Positions 50,881 through 62,849 of a stretch of 64,000 nt of DNA are shown here, one piece after another. Within the stretch, counting starts at the first letter, position 1; every line of letters begins with the position of its first letter. Origin of the DNA: Stegostoma tigrinum (taxonomy: Eukaryota); contig NC_081370.1 of the NCBI RefSeq assembly GCF_030684315.1, positions 10,237,148 to 10,301,147 on the forward strand. The letters run 5' to 3'. The notes under the pieces were generated by a model. The model worked only from the letters and a program-made list of their open reading frames with translations. It searched no databases and was not told where the DNA came from. The position numbers were made by a program, and so were the translations under genes.

Positions 50881-52019
50881 GTAACTTAACATCAAACTCC
50901 TGATGATAGTTTGGCTTTCTTATAGATGGAAGTAATCTGAAAATATCAAAGTGAAACTAGTTTGGGCCAGTTTGTAAAATAATTGCACTATCAACTCAAA
51001 AATATTTTGTTTCAATCTACAGCTTGATTCAATAACAATCATGTAGTCATTGGCTTCCCAGAATTTCTAACTCTCTTGTATCTGAATTGTCTCTTTATTT
51101 TTCATTTGAAATGTTTATTATCAAATATTTGATCAGTTTTCCTTCCAATTATACCAAAGTCTCCTTGTGTCTTTTCCATTTTATTCTAGAAATAGTTTGT
51201 TATTTTGAGGAAGTTGCTGTAAATGTTTAATCTTTACAGAATCAGGATGAGGTTCAGAATAGTATTTATTGCAAAGGTTGTTGAAATGTCTAAATGGAGG
51301 GAAATCTAAAGTTTTGTCCTTGAATGGTTTCCATATATTTGGATGTATTTACTCAGAAGTATTATTTATGTCTGGATGTTTAAGCTTCACTAACAATGCA
51401 ATAGAAGTGTGTTGAAAAAATGATGTTGCTGAAACTTTCAATGCTATGAATCATTTCTAATATTTAGTAATGTCATTTATGGACTAGTAAATTTGACAAC
51501 TGTGCTGCCAGCAATAGTCTTGGTTATTAAAATAACATCAAATAGAAAGTTTAAAAGCATGTATCAATTTACAAAAAAAACTAATTTATCTCACTTTAAA
51601 AGAATTTCTTCAACACTAGTTTATTTTGTAAGAATTAAATATAAAAGAGGCAAGATCATGAATGGACACTCATTTCCATGTTTTAAATACATTCAGCCAT
51701 TCTTCATTGTTCTGTATTCTAACATATAGTTTACAATTCTCATTCATTTTTTGCCAACATTCCCTCCTGCTCTGTTACTGTTTAAGACTAATTCACTGTT
51801 TAGGGTGAGATTGCACAACAGCTGGTAAATATTACTTACATATTTGATGACACATTGTCTTGAGTATGAGTGGTACGGTGGCCCAGTGCTTTGCACTGCT
51901 GTCTCACAGTGCGAGAGAGATGGGTTTGAATCCAGCCTTGAGTAACTGTCTGTGTGAATGTGGCTCATGACATTAACCCACACAGATGTGATGAAAATCA
52001 GTTCTTTGTGATGATTGGA

Positions 52020-55000
52020 AGCACCCTGGATTCAACTTACTTGTGCCTCTCATGATTTTATAAATTTCTATAAGGTCACCTCTCAGCCTCCTACTCTCCA
52101 GTGAAAGAAGTTCCAACCTATCCAGCCTATTTTGTATAACTCAAACCCTCCATTCCTGGCAACATTCTGGTAAATCCATTCTGAACCCATTCCAATTTCA
52201 TAATATCCTTCCTATAGAAGGACAACCAGAACTGTACACAGTACTTAGCAACATCCTACACAACCTCAACCTGACATCCTAACTCCTATACTCTCAGGTC
52301 TGAGCAATGAAGGCAAGTGTGCTAAATGCCTTCTTAACCACCCTGTCTATGCAAATTTATGAGAATTATGTACCTGAACCCCTAGGTCTCTTTGTTCTAT
52401 AACATTACCTCAGATTCTATCATTAATTGTATGAGTCCTGTCCTTGTTTGTTTTATGAAAAAGCAATATCTCACATTCATCTGAATTAAACTCCGTCTGC
52501 CACTCCTCAGCCCATTGACTCATTTGTTTAAGATCTCTTTGTCATCTTAGAATACCTTCTTCTCTGTCCACTATACCACCAATTTTGGTGTCATCCGCAA
52601 ATTTACTAACCATGCCTCCTATATTCTCATCCAAATTGTTAATTTAGATGTCAAACAAACATAGTCCCCATGGAATACTGCTGGTCATAGGCCTCTCATC
52701 TGGAAAACAGCCCACCACCACCCTCTGTCTCCTACTGTCAAGCCAATTTTGATTCCAGTTGGCAAGCTCACCCCAAATCCCACGTAATCCAACTTAACTA
52801 ATTAGCCTACCTTGTAGAACTGTGTCAAAGGCTTTACTGGAGTCCATGTAGACAATGTCTACTGCTTTGCCCTCATCAATCTTTTAGGTTAATTTCTCAA
52901 AAAACTCGATAAAGTTTGTGAGACAAGATTTCCCTCACTGCCTATCCTTTATCATTCCTAGCCTCTCCAACTGCATGTAAATCCTATCTTTCAGAATCAC
53001 CTCCAACAACATATCCACCATTGATGTCAGGCTCACAGGCCTATAGACCCCAGCCTTCTCCTTATAGGCTTTCTTAAATAAAGGCATAACATTAGCCACC
53101 CTTCAGTCCTCCAAGTCACCACCAGTGGTTATTCATTATACAAATATTTCCGCTAAGGGACATTTAATTTCTTCCCTAACTTCCCAGAACATTCTAGGGT
53201 ACACTTGAAAAGGTCCCAGAGATTTATCTACCTTTATGCCTTCTAAGACCCCCAACACTTACTCTTCTGTAATGTGAACTGTTTTCAAAGAGTAGATATT
53301 TATTTTCCTGAGTTTTCTAGCCTTCAACTGTTTCTCCACAATAAAAACTGATGCAAAATATTAATTTAATGTGTCTCCCATCTCCTGAGGTTCAGCACAT
53401 AGGTGACCTCATTAATCATTAAGGCGCCCTATTCTCTCTCTTGTTGCTTTTTTGCTCTTAACGTACTTGTAGAATCTCTTTGGATTATTAACTTTATTTG
53501 CCAAGGCTATCTTCTTTGCCGTCCTGATTTCCTTCTTCAGAATTCCTCTACATTCTTTATACTCCTGAAGAAATTCATTTAATCTCAGTTGTCTACATCT
53601 GATATATGATTCTTTCTCATCCTTGACTGGAACCTTGATTTCTTTATGCATTCATGTTTCCTAATTTTACCAGTCGTATACTTCACTCTAATATGAACTT
53701 GATGCCTCTGAATTCTTGTCATCACACTTTTGAAAAAGTCACTTGTCCTGTGATCAGTGTACTCCAATCAACTTTTGAAAGTTCCTGTCTCATACCATTA
53801 AAATTTACCTTACTCCAATTAAAAACTTTAACTTCTGTGGAAAGCTTAACCTTTTCTATAAATATTTTAAAACTAATAGAATTATGATCACTCGTCGCAA
53901 AGTTTTCCACTACGAAAACTTCAGTCACTTTCCCTGCCTTATTTCACAAGAGAAGGTCAGGTTTTGCTCCTTCTCTAGTAGGTATATTTACATATTCGTA
54001 AAGAAAATTTTCTTGGAACACATTCAACAAATTCCTCACCATTCAAGCTTTAACACTGTGGCAGCCTCAGGCAATGTTTGGAAAAATTTAAATCCCCTAC
54101 TATTACAAGCCTATTGCTGTTACATATATCTGAGATTTCTCTACATCTTTGCTTCTCCATTTCCCTCTGACTACTGGGGGGCCTATAGTACCATCTCATC
54201 AAGGTGACCATCCCTTTCTTGTTTCTAATTTCTACTCACATAGTCTCACTGGACAGTCCTTTAGAAATATAATCTCTAATTACAGTTGTAATGTTTTCCT
54301 TCATCAAAAGCGCCACTCAATCTGCTCTCGTGCTTCTCTTTCTATCCTTTTTAAGCATTGAAAACCCAGAACTTTGAACTGCCAGCCCTGTCCTTCCTTC
54401 AGCCAAGTTTTTGTAATAGCTATGATATCCAAGTTCCATGTTCCCAGACATATCCTGAGTTCATCAGCCTTATCTGTAAGACCCCTTGTATTGAAATAAA
54501 TGTAGTTTAATTCTTCAGTTACCTCATTTTTGGACTTGCTTTTGTCTGTTTTTTCTACATTGCCCTTTTCTGATTCAAAGAAATATCCTCATCTGTCTTT
54601 CAGTTTTTATTGCTGTTTAGGAACCACCCACCCCACTTCTCTGCTAGTTTAAGAGCTCCCGAAATAGTACTGGAAAATCTCCCTGCCAGGATTTAGATCC
54701 CTTCCCAGTTCAGGTGAAATTCATCCCTTTTTAACAGGTCTTTACTGCCCAGAAGACATTCCAATGATCCTTGCATATTGCACCATTTCTTCAGCAGTTG
54801 ATTCATCAGCCCTATCTTTTTACTCTGACTCTTATTCAAGTGTGGCACTCGGAGTACACCAGTGATTACTATCTCTGAGGTTCTGTATTTTAGCCTCTTA
54901 TTCATTCTGCGAAGCCTTAACCCTTTCCTTAATTATGCTGGTCTGTATAATGTGTATAACTTCTGGCTTCTCACTCTCTTTGTCAACATGATTTAGCTGT

Positions 55001-55370
55001 TTTGGGATGTCCTTAATTCTAGCACCATACTATTCCTAGATTCATGCTCAGGCTGCAGAATCTCCTGTCTGTGCCCCTGATAGGAGCGTTCCCTGTAACA
55101 ATTATTCTTTTGAATCTTCACAAACCCCACTTGATATAAAATTCATTCTTGGTGCCCAAGATCTGACTGCCCCTTCTGTTTGCCTCTGAGAGGCTATCCC
55201 CTTCAACAGTATCCAAAATGGAATATCGTTTGACAGTGGAAGAGCCACAGGAGACTTCTGAACTATCTTGTTACCTTTCTTAACAATCACTCATCTATCT
55301 GACTGATCTAGCTGTATAACCATCTCTCTGAATATACTATCACACTCTGTATCTCTTGCATGTCCTCAGT
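52020..55370 (-). mobile_element. Long degenerate CR1 LINE
   Basis: SKFADDTKIGG near 52585-52612; NPKRFYKYVKSK; SDHNSISF; ORF1-like peptide at 54693-54905. Confidence 0.85.
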
Positions 55371-55645
55371 GAAATCAATCCTAAAAAGAAGAAATTCCGA
55401 AAAGCACCTTATATATACAAAAAACTTCCTTATCCACAAATTTTTATCTTCAGTATGCTAAAGATAAAAAAAGGCAAAATCTTAAAATAAAAGCAAACAG
55501 CTGAAACTCTCAACCAAAATAAAAAATTAACTGCCATATTGGTTAAGCTGTATACTTTGTTAAGCTCATTAATTGATTTCAATTCTTAGGCATATGATCA
55601 CAATGTTTTAGTGTTTGAAAAAATTATGTTCTATCACTTTTCCAG

Positions 55646-55885
55646 TTCGCAGTGTGTGGACTATGTGGTAATTACAATGGTAATGCAGACGATGAATATG
55701 TAACACAGAATAAATACTTAGTTTCCAATGTACTGACCTTCGCGAATTCTTGGAAGGAAGATCCTACATGCAGAGATGTAACGGAGGTTGTATTTCCATG
55801 TCGCAAAAATCCATATCGTTTGGCCAGAGCTGAAAAAATGTGTGCTATAATTAACAGTAAGGTGTTTGAGCCATGTCACAAGCTG
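55646..55885 (+). CDS. MUC6: Mucin-6-like exon 10 (VWD3 end, start of C8-3)
   Basis: ttccAG / GTGAGT. FAVCGLCGNYNGNADDEYVTQNKY...ANSWKEDPTC...AEKMCAIINSKVFEPCHKL, with the CGLCGN VWD signature. 80 codons. Confidence 0.95.
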
Positions 55886-58800
55886 GTGAGTGTATTATGA
55901 GTTATATATCGTCTTGTAGTATTTTATTACTGTGTGAAAATGAGCATTTTTAGGGGTGAAGTTTGTCAATTTTTCTCATTTTGTCCCTGTAACTTTGGAA
56001 ATTGGATGAAAAAAACAAACATCCAGCTATGTGCATAAATAGGGTTTCCACAAAGCTTCTGGTTAAATTCAGCTGGTGGAGTGGATACAACCCTGAGAAC
56101 ATCACCCCTTTTATCTGTTAGTTTACAGTTTGGACTCTTCATTTTTACCCACAGGATTTTTAGCTATGTTGACAGGGTGTAGGTAAAGACTGTTGAAAAA
56201 TGGGTGAAGCGTTATCTAGTAGAGATCTTTAAAATTAGTGTGGATATGGAAAAAAAAACTTTCCTGTTGTGAGGAAGAACATATCTAGCAGCCGTCAATA
56301 TTAGGTACTCATCGAGAAATCCAAATCAAAATTCAGAAGAAAGAAAGCATCTTTACCCAGAGAGCAGTAAGAATGTGCCAAAGGTGTGGTCCAAGTAAAT
56401 ACTATTGATGCATTGAAAGGGAAGTTTAGCAGAGTATCTGCAGGAGATGATTACAACTATAGAGTTAAATGAGAAAAAATAGGAAGAAATCTGAGTAACA
56501 GTGTGCATGCATTTTAGGCTAATTGATCTGGTTCTCATTTAAACTTGCATACTCTTGAAAGCAGCAACTTTGGAGAGAGAGAGAAAAACAAGTCATGTTA
56601 CATGCCTTTCACCTGAAGTGAGGCAAGTTGCAAATTTGACAATACAGAGATAGGATGAGAAAGAAGAGAAGGACGGGAGATCCAATGGATAGAAGGTGGG
56701 AGAGTTTAAATTTCAGATATCCTTTGAAACATCCTGTGATGTGAAAAGCACCATGTAAATGCAAGTCCTTTCTTTTAAACATAATGGTGCAAAAGGGGAT
56801 GTTAAGTTTTAAAAAACAAAATGGAAGGAGCTTGAAGTACCAATTACAGGTACCTGCTGCAAGAAAAATAGAAGAAATAGCTGTGATCTGAACTTATTAA
56901 ACTTATTGAGGATGGAGCATCATAAAGCACCTCAGGTTTTCAGCATCCATGGTATTCTAGTTTTGTTCGTTAAAATGCCCAATTCCAGCTGCAGTGAATT
57001 GTAAAATTCAATGAGATGTGAAAGGGAACAAAGCATCAAAATGTGAGGTTACCCCTTGTCCATGGCTTACAATGCAAGTACTATATGCACTTTGTTCTGC
57101 CTGCTCATTTGAATGATTGCAATGTCCAGCATGAAGCATGGCATTCAGTGCTGATGTGCCGATACTAGATCCCAGGTTTACGCTAGTTAAATCTAGCCTG
57201 CAATTCTTAAAACCAGACTCCATCTCTTAGTCGGGAGTTGCATTACCACTGAAGTGAATGTTTGAACTGGTTGTGAAGAGAGTGTGAGCAAGGAGAAGAG
57301 TGAATTATGGCACAGTATGGCAGAGAACAGCCTTTTGGATATTCCACTGTTCCATTTAATGCCTTAGTTTAGGAGGTACAGCGAAGGGGAGGTGTCATCC
57401 ATCTACAAGAGAACAGAAGACTCTCCAAACACACTAAAAAGAAGCAAAGGATTACAGATAGCTGCAGTGAGTAATGCCACAGCTCTAACTTGGAGGAATT
57501 GAATTCATATGCCTCAAGAAATTGGGTGACGCTCATTCTTTTCGGAATGACAAATTGCAGATGGTGGAAATGTGTATCTTTTGTTTTCCTCACCTCTCTT
57601 CACCACATCCAGAGCCTTGCAACGTTTCTCTTTTCAGATTTCTGAGAATTGCAACCTAACCAGGAAGATTGATGTGAAGGGGCAGAAGAACAATGATGAA
57701 GAGGATACATAGTTATGCACTCACATATACAGTTGCCAGCACAAATATTGACAGTGTGTAGTATAGAGGATACCTTGGAGGCAGTAACTTCAAGTGATAA
57801 AATACTGGGCATAAATGGTCTGCAACTAGAGCAAGAGATAAGCATGATACAAATTCCAACTCACTGAAGAATAAGGTTGCACACAGGTCTTGCTGTAGAG
57901 AACTGTGATTCGAACTATGTTTGGGTGGCCTACAGAAGTGGTCTGATAAATATGTGCTTAGAAATGCTTGATTCGTTGGCATGCCTGACAGAAAGCCTAG
58001 GGAAAAGTCAAAAATATGGTGATATCCAGCACGAACTTGGCATAGGGCATGTCATTGAACTTGAAACACACACTGTTTAGTGAGGGCATGATGACCAACA
58101 TGACAGCAGACTGTTCTATACTACAGTACCAATGGCTGATATTTCCACTTCCATTCAATTCAAACTGAACTCATGCATCCTCTACTTCTGTCAAAAATAT
58201 TTGACTTGCTGTCGTCATTGTTGTAGATGCCAGCGTTCAGAGACGTTTGCAATCTATTCTAAAATACACAGCTAGGATTGCCTGTGAGAGTAGATGTTAA
58301 TGACAACATTAGTTGTGTTCGTTTATATGCTGATGACTGGGCATTAACTGGGCTTTCACTTCTACCCCTTAATAGATACAGATTGAAAGGTGATTGTTGG
58401 TATAGAAGCCATATGTTTGTAATGTGTAAACCTGTAAATAAATTATATAAATATAACATTATACATTTAATAATGTTGGTAAAAATTGTTCTCAATTCTA
58501 TCTTTCATGAGTTGACTTTCTGGATTAAAACATTTTTGCAAGGATAGTTATATAAAGGCGAGGGTTGGAAACTAAGAAAAATAATTTCAGCTGAAAGTAC
58601 GGATTCAGCGGTTGCTGTAGAAAGTGTAATGAAGAAGTGTAAGTTCTTGGGAGATGATTACATCTTAATGTTCTCTGCTTTGGGATCTTATGAGAATTTG
58701 AAGAATGGAACAAGTGTATGGGCAATAGTTAGAAGGAGTATGATCTGAAGTATTTTGAGAGATGGAAGCCATTTGTCAGACAGTGATAAAAGTTCCGATA

Positions 58801-59823
58801 TTCTATTAGATTTCTTGCAGGAAATTTACATGGAGATGATCGCTTAAATGTCCATGTATAATGTTATTATAAATGTGGTAAAATCGTAGGCTGTGTGCCT
58901 TCAAAGTTTAGATTACTCTTTCTGCTAGACCAATGCATGATGGATGGTATGGAGCTATCCTTATACATCTAATACCATTTGACTTTAGGAAATACTCAAA
59001 TTCCCTGCTGGTAAACAGTGGCCTGTTAGCTATGGCTGACACTTCTAGGAGACCAGATATTGCAAAAGATGCATGCAATTTTTCCATTGTCATCCTTGTG
59101 TTTGATAAGTGAACTCTGTGCACATTCTGACATTTTCAACAGGTGACCACAATGACTAAGAAGATTGAGACCATGAAAGGACCTGCCATGTCAATATGTA
59201 ACTGAGTCCAGTTTTTACCCAAACATTCTCACAAATATGGGGTTGTTGCTGGCTGTAAGCTTTGTCCTTGCAGGCCCTCTGGGCACGGTCCGACAAAGCA
59301 GCCATGTCTGCATCCGATCCTGGCAACCAGACATAACTTGTTGCCAATATTTTCATTTTGGACACCCCTGAATGACCCTGGTGGTGTTCAGCCAGTATCT
59401 GGTAGTGACCTTTGCTTGGAACAATCATTCTTGCTTCCCATAATCATATGGCATCCTCCAATATGACCTGTTCTTTCCGTGTCCATAAAGGTTCCGGTTG
59501 TGATAGATTTTTGGTTTCTACCATCACCACCAGCTGTTACACTTTTGCCAAGTCTAGAACTGTGTCCAGAACATTTAAAACCATTACAGACTCTTCCAGT
59601 GACGGCACCACTCGCATCTGTATTTGCTACTTGGCCTCCCAGACAATGATCCAACCGTAATTATACACACTTATTATCAGAATCAACCACTGAATTCAGC
59701 CTGAAGCAATTGACAACATTACATTGTTCTCTTTAAGTTGATCTAGCAGGGATTTGTAGGATAATAAAATGTGAGGCTGGATGAACACAGCAGGCCAAGC
59801 AGCATCTCAGGAGCACAAAAGCT

Positions 59824-59851
59824 GACGTTTCGGGCCTAGACCCTTCATCAG
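59824..59851 (-). ncRNA. Minimal hammerhead ribozyme core in the Penelope terminus
   Basis: Minus strand CTGATGA-A-GGGT(CTAG)GCCC-GAAACGTC: conserved core boxes, 4-bp stem II, palindromic ACGT stem III and GUC cleavage triplet. Stem I is very short. Confidence 0.75.
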
Positions 59852-60075
59852 AGAGGGGGATGGGGAGAGGGAACTGGAATAAATAGGGAGAGAGGGGGAG
59901 GCGGACCGAAGATGGAGAGTAAAGAAGATAGGTGGAGAGAGTATAGGTGGGGAGGTAGGGAGGGGATAGGTCAGTCCAGGGAAGACGGACAGGTCAAGGA
60001 GGTGGGATGAGGTTAGTAGGTAGCTGGGGGTGCGGTTTGGGGTGGGAGGAAGGGATGGGTGAGAGGAAGAGCCGG

Positions 60076-60906
60076 TTAGGGAGACAGAGACAGGTTGGAC
60101 TGATTTTGGGATGCAGTGGGTGGCCGGGAAGAGCTGGGCTGGTTGTGTGGTGCAGTGGGGGGAGGGGACGAACTAGGCTGGTTTAGGGATGCAGTAGGGG
60201 AAGGGGAGATTTTGAAACTGGTGAAGTCCACATTGATACCATTAGGCTGCAGGGTTCCCAGGCGGAATATGAGTTGCTGTTCCTGCAACCTTCGGGTGGC
60301 ATCATTGTGGCAGTGCAGGAGGCCCATGATGGACATGTCATCTAGAGAATGGGAGGGGGAGTGGAAATGGTTTGCAACTGGGAGGTGCAGTTGTTTGTTG
60401 CGAACTGAGCGGAGGTGTTCTGCAAAGCGGTCCCCAAGCCTCCGCTTGGTTTCCCCAATGTAGAGGAAGCCGCACTGGGTACAGTGGATGCAGTATACCA
60501 CATTGGCAGATGTGCAGGTGAACCTCTGCTTAATGTGGAATGTCATCTTGGGGCCTGGGATAGGGGTGAGGGAGGAGGTGTGGGGGCAAGTGTAGCATTT
60601 CCTGCGGTTGCAGGGGAAGGCGCCGGGTGTGGTGGGGTTGGAGGGCAGTCTGGAGCGAACAAGGGAGTCACGGAGAGAGTGGTCTCTCCGGAAAGCAGAC
60701 AGGGGTAGGGATAGAAAAATGTCTTGGGTGGTGGGGTCGGATTGTAAATGGCGGAAGTGTCGGAGGATGATGCGTTGTATCTGGAGGTTGGTAGGGTGGT
60801 GTGTGAGAACGAGGGGGATCCTCTTTTGGCGGTTGTGGCGGGGGTGGGGTGTGAGGGATGTGTTGCGGGAAATACGGGAGACGCGGTCAAGGGCGTTCTC
60901 GATCAC
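60076..60906 (-). CDS. Penelope-like element polyprotein C-terminal part (Cys linker + GIY-YIG endonuclease), 5'-truncated
   Basis: Stop-free 276 aa: CNRRKCYTC cysteine linker, NVVYCIHC...LYIGETKRRLGDRFAEH, RRLQEQQLIFRLGTLQPNGIN. No RT catalytic core present. Confidence 0.88.
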   Translation of the reverse strand: MIENALDRVSRISRNTSLTPHPRHNRQKRIPLVLTHHPTNLQIQRIILRHFRHLQSDPTTQDIFLSLPLSAFRRDHSLRDSLVRSRLPSNPTTPGAFPCNRRKCYTCPHTSSLTPIPGPKMTFHIKQRFTCTSANVVYCIHCTQCGFLYIGETKRRLGDRFAEHLRSVRNKQLHLPVANHFHSPSHSLDDMSIMGLLHCHNDATRRLQEQQLIFRLGTLQPNGINVDFTSFKISPSPTASLNQPSSSPPPTAPHNQPSSSRPPTASQNQSNLSLSP

Positions 60907-62622
60907 TGTGGGGGGAAAGTTGCGGTCCTTGAAGAATTTGTAGTCCGTTATTATTACAAATTTTCATCAGTAAAGGTATTAGTGGAACTTCCTGCCTCCA
61001 AATATAGTCACCAAGCCTTCCTTCTCTACTTGGGTGTATTTACACTCTGCCTTAGCCAAAGCCCTGGATGCACATACTATTGGGTGTTCCTCTCCATTGG
61101 GCAACCTCAGAGCTGATACTACCCCAATACCATACAAGGAGGTATTGCATGTCAGTACCAAATCTCACTTGGGATAATAGTGTGCCAATACCTTCAAGGA
61201 TGATAGCTGTTTATTCACTTCACTGAAAGCTATTGCTTGGCTATGCGACCATTTCCATGGCTGACTGTTTTTTATGAGTTGATGCAAAGATGCCATGGCG
61301 GAGGCCAGGTTATGCATTAACTTTACATCATAATTCAGCAGCCCAAGGAAAGACCTCAGCTCCGGCATAGATGTGGGAGCCAGGGCACCTTTGGTAGCCC
61401 TCACTTTATCTTCCAGCAGGTCTAGTTGACTGTGTGGCGTATGTAGGTCACTTGGGATGTCTAGAACACATATATTTCCCTTCTAAGGCACATGCCCATC
61501 TAGAAAAAAAATCCAAGGACCATGTCCGAGTTGTCAAAGTTCTTTTTATTAATCTTCCCTGTGATTAGCATGTTATCTAGATAAATGGTGACCTGGGGTA
61601 GCCCATGTAAAATGTTATCCATCATTTGCTGAAATATGGTACAGGCTAAAGACACCCCAAGTGGTAATCTCATGTATTGGCACAAATACTTATAGCAATT
61701 CATTATAGCATACTTCTGGGAATCCTCAAGTAATTGCAATTGCATGGCTCATGTACAGCTTTGTGAAGGACAGCCTCTTGCTAAATTTGTGTGTAAGTAG
61801 TCTGTGAAAGGGTTTGGGTATTTGTCCAGTTGTGAAAAGCATTTTACTGTTTGTTTAAAATCCCCACAAAGGCAAACCAATCATTAGGCTTCACAATCAG
61901 TACGACTGGTGATGCCCATTCTGCAATCTAGACTGATGATTTCTTTGTTTTTCAGCCTGCTGATTTTTACTTTAGGTTTTGCCTCTAAGACAAATGGCAC
62001 TGGGCAGGCTTTGCAGAAATGTGGAATTGCTTCTTGGTCAGCATGTAAGGTGATCTTGGTTTGTTTGGTAGTCCCTAGACCTTTCTGAATAGCTTCCAGG
62101 TATTTAATCAGGATTTAACTCAGGTAGCCATTCTCTAATCAAAAAATATTAAGCCAATCTGGATGAATCTTTCTCAATCAATTTTGCACTATCAAGCTTG
62201 GGCCTGAGCCTTTTATATCAATAAGTGGTAATTGAGCCAACTTCCTTAGCATAGGTTCTCAGTCTTGCCAATGTCTTGTACAAGCTCAAAGGTTGAATTC
62301 CAGAGCAAATGTTGTTAAAGACTGCTTTTGCGATCACTGAAATGGCTGTGTCATATCAGCCTCCATTAGAACAGGGTGACCATTTAACCAGATGTTGATT
62401 TTGATTTGTTCTGATTTCGATATTGCTAAGCAATTGAACTGTTCCAAACCAGATGTGGGTGCACTTTCGAGGGCGTGCACTTACCTGGATACCAGCCTCA
62501 GAGAAGATTGTCTTAAAGTTCAAAAGATTCATATTAATCTTGCTTGTCAGATGTTAAAATCTCTCGAAAGATTCGGACTATACTTGATGGAACCTCATTG
62601 AAGAGACTAGTGAGGAAAGTGA

Positions 62623-62849
62623 GAGATGGTAGGAACTGCAGATGCTGGAGAATCCAAGGTAACAAGGTATAGAGCTGGATGAGCACAGCAGGCCAAGCAG
62701 CATCAGAGGAGCAGGAAGGCTGATGTTTCGGGCCTAGACCCTTCTTCAGAAAAGAAAGGAAGGGTCTAGGCCCGAAACGTCAGCCTTCCTGCTCCTCTGA
62801 TGCTGCTTGGCCTGCTGTGTTCATCCAGCTCTACACCTTGTTATCTCAA
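62623..62849. mobile_element. Penelope-terminus fold-back mini-element
   Basis: Inverted arms with partial hammerhead cores. Imperfect TSD TGAGGA(A/G)AGTGA at 62611-62622 and 62850-62861. Confidence 0.85.

Larger units (their letters stand above)
59760..60935 (-). mobile_element. 5'-truncated Penelope-like retroelement (Neptune-type) with 3' terminal region
   Basis: GIY-YIG ORF, purine/pyrimidine-skewed 3' UTR and hammerhead-bearing terminus. TSD ATTTGTAG at 59752-59759 and 60936-60943. Interrupts the Gypsy RNase H region. Confidence 0.92.
58900..62420 (-). mobile_element. Decayed Ty3/Gypsy LTR retrotransposon pol (PR-RT-RH-IN), interrupted by Penelope
   Basis: YMRLPLGVS...QVTIYLDNMLITG (RT); ELRSFLGLLNY; HPIVCASRALAKAECKYTQVEKEGL (RNase H); HQGHSGVSKMK...YVWLPG and FTSREF...APYHPSCIGLAER (integrase). 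Many frameshifts. Confidence 0.9.

Noticed and set aside
58200-58550. Candidate next mucin exon
   Set aside because: The expected C8 motif (YYEAC..DAC.CD.GGDCEC.C) was not found in any frame here or elsewhere downstream; that exon probably lies beyond the window.
60116-61116. Plus-strand ORFs overlapping the Penelope element
   Set aside because: They are antisense shadows of a GC-rich coding frame with no recognisable domains.
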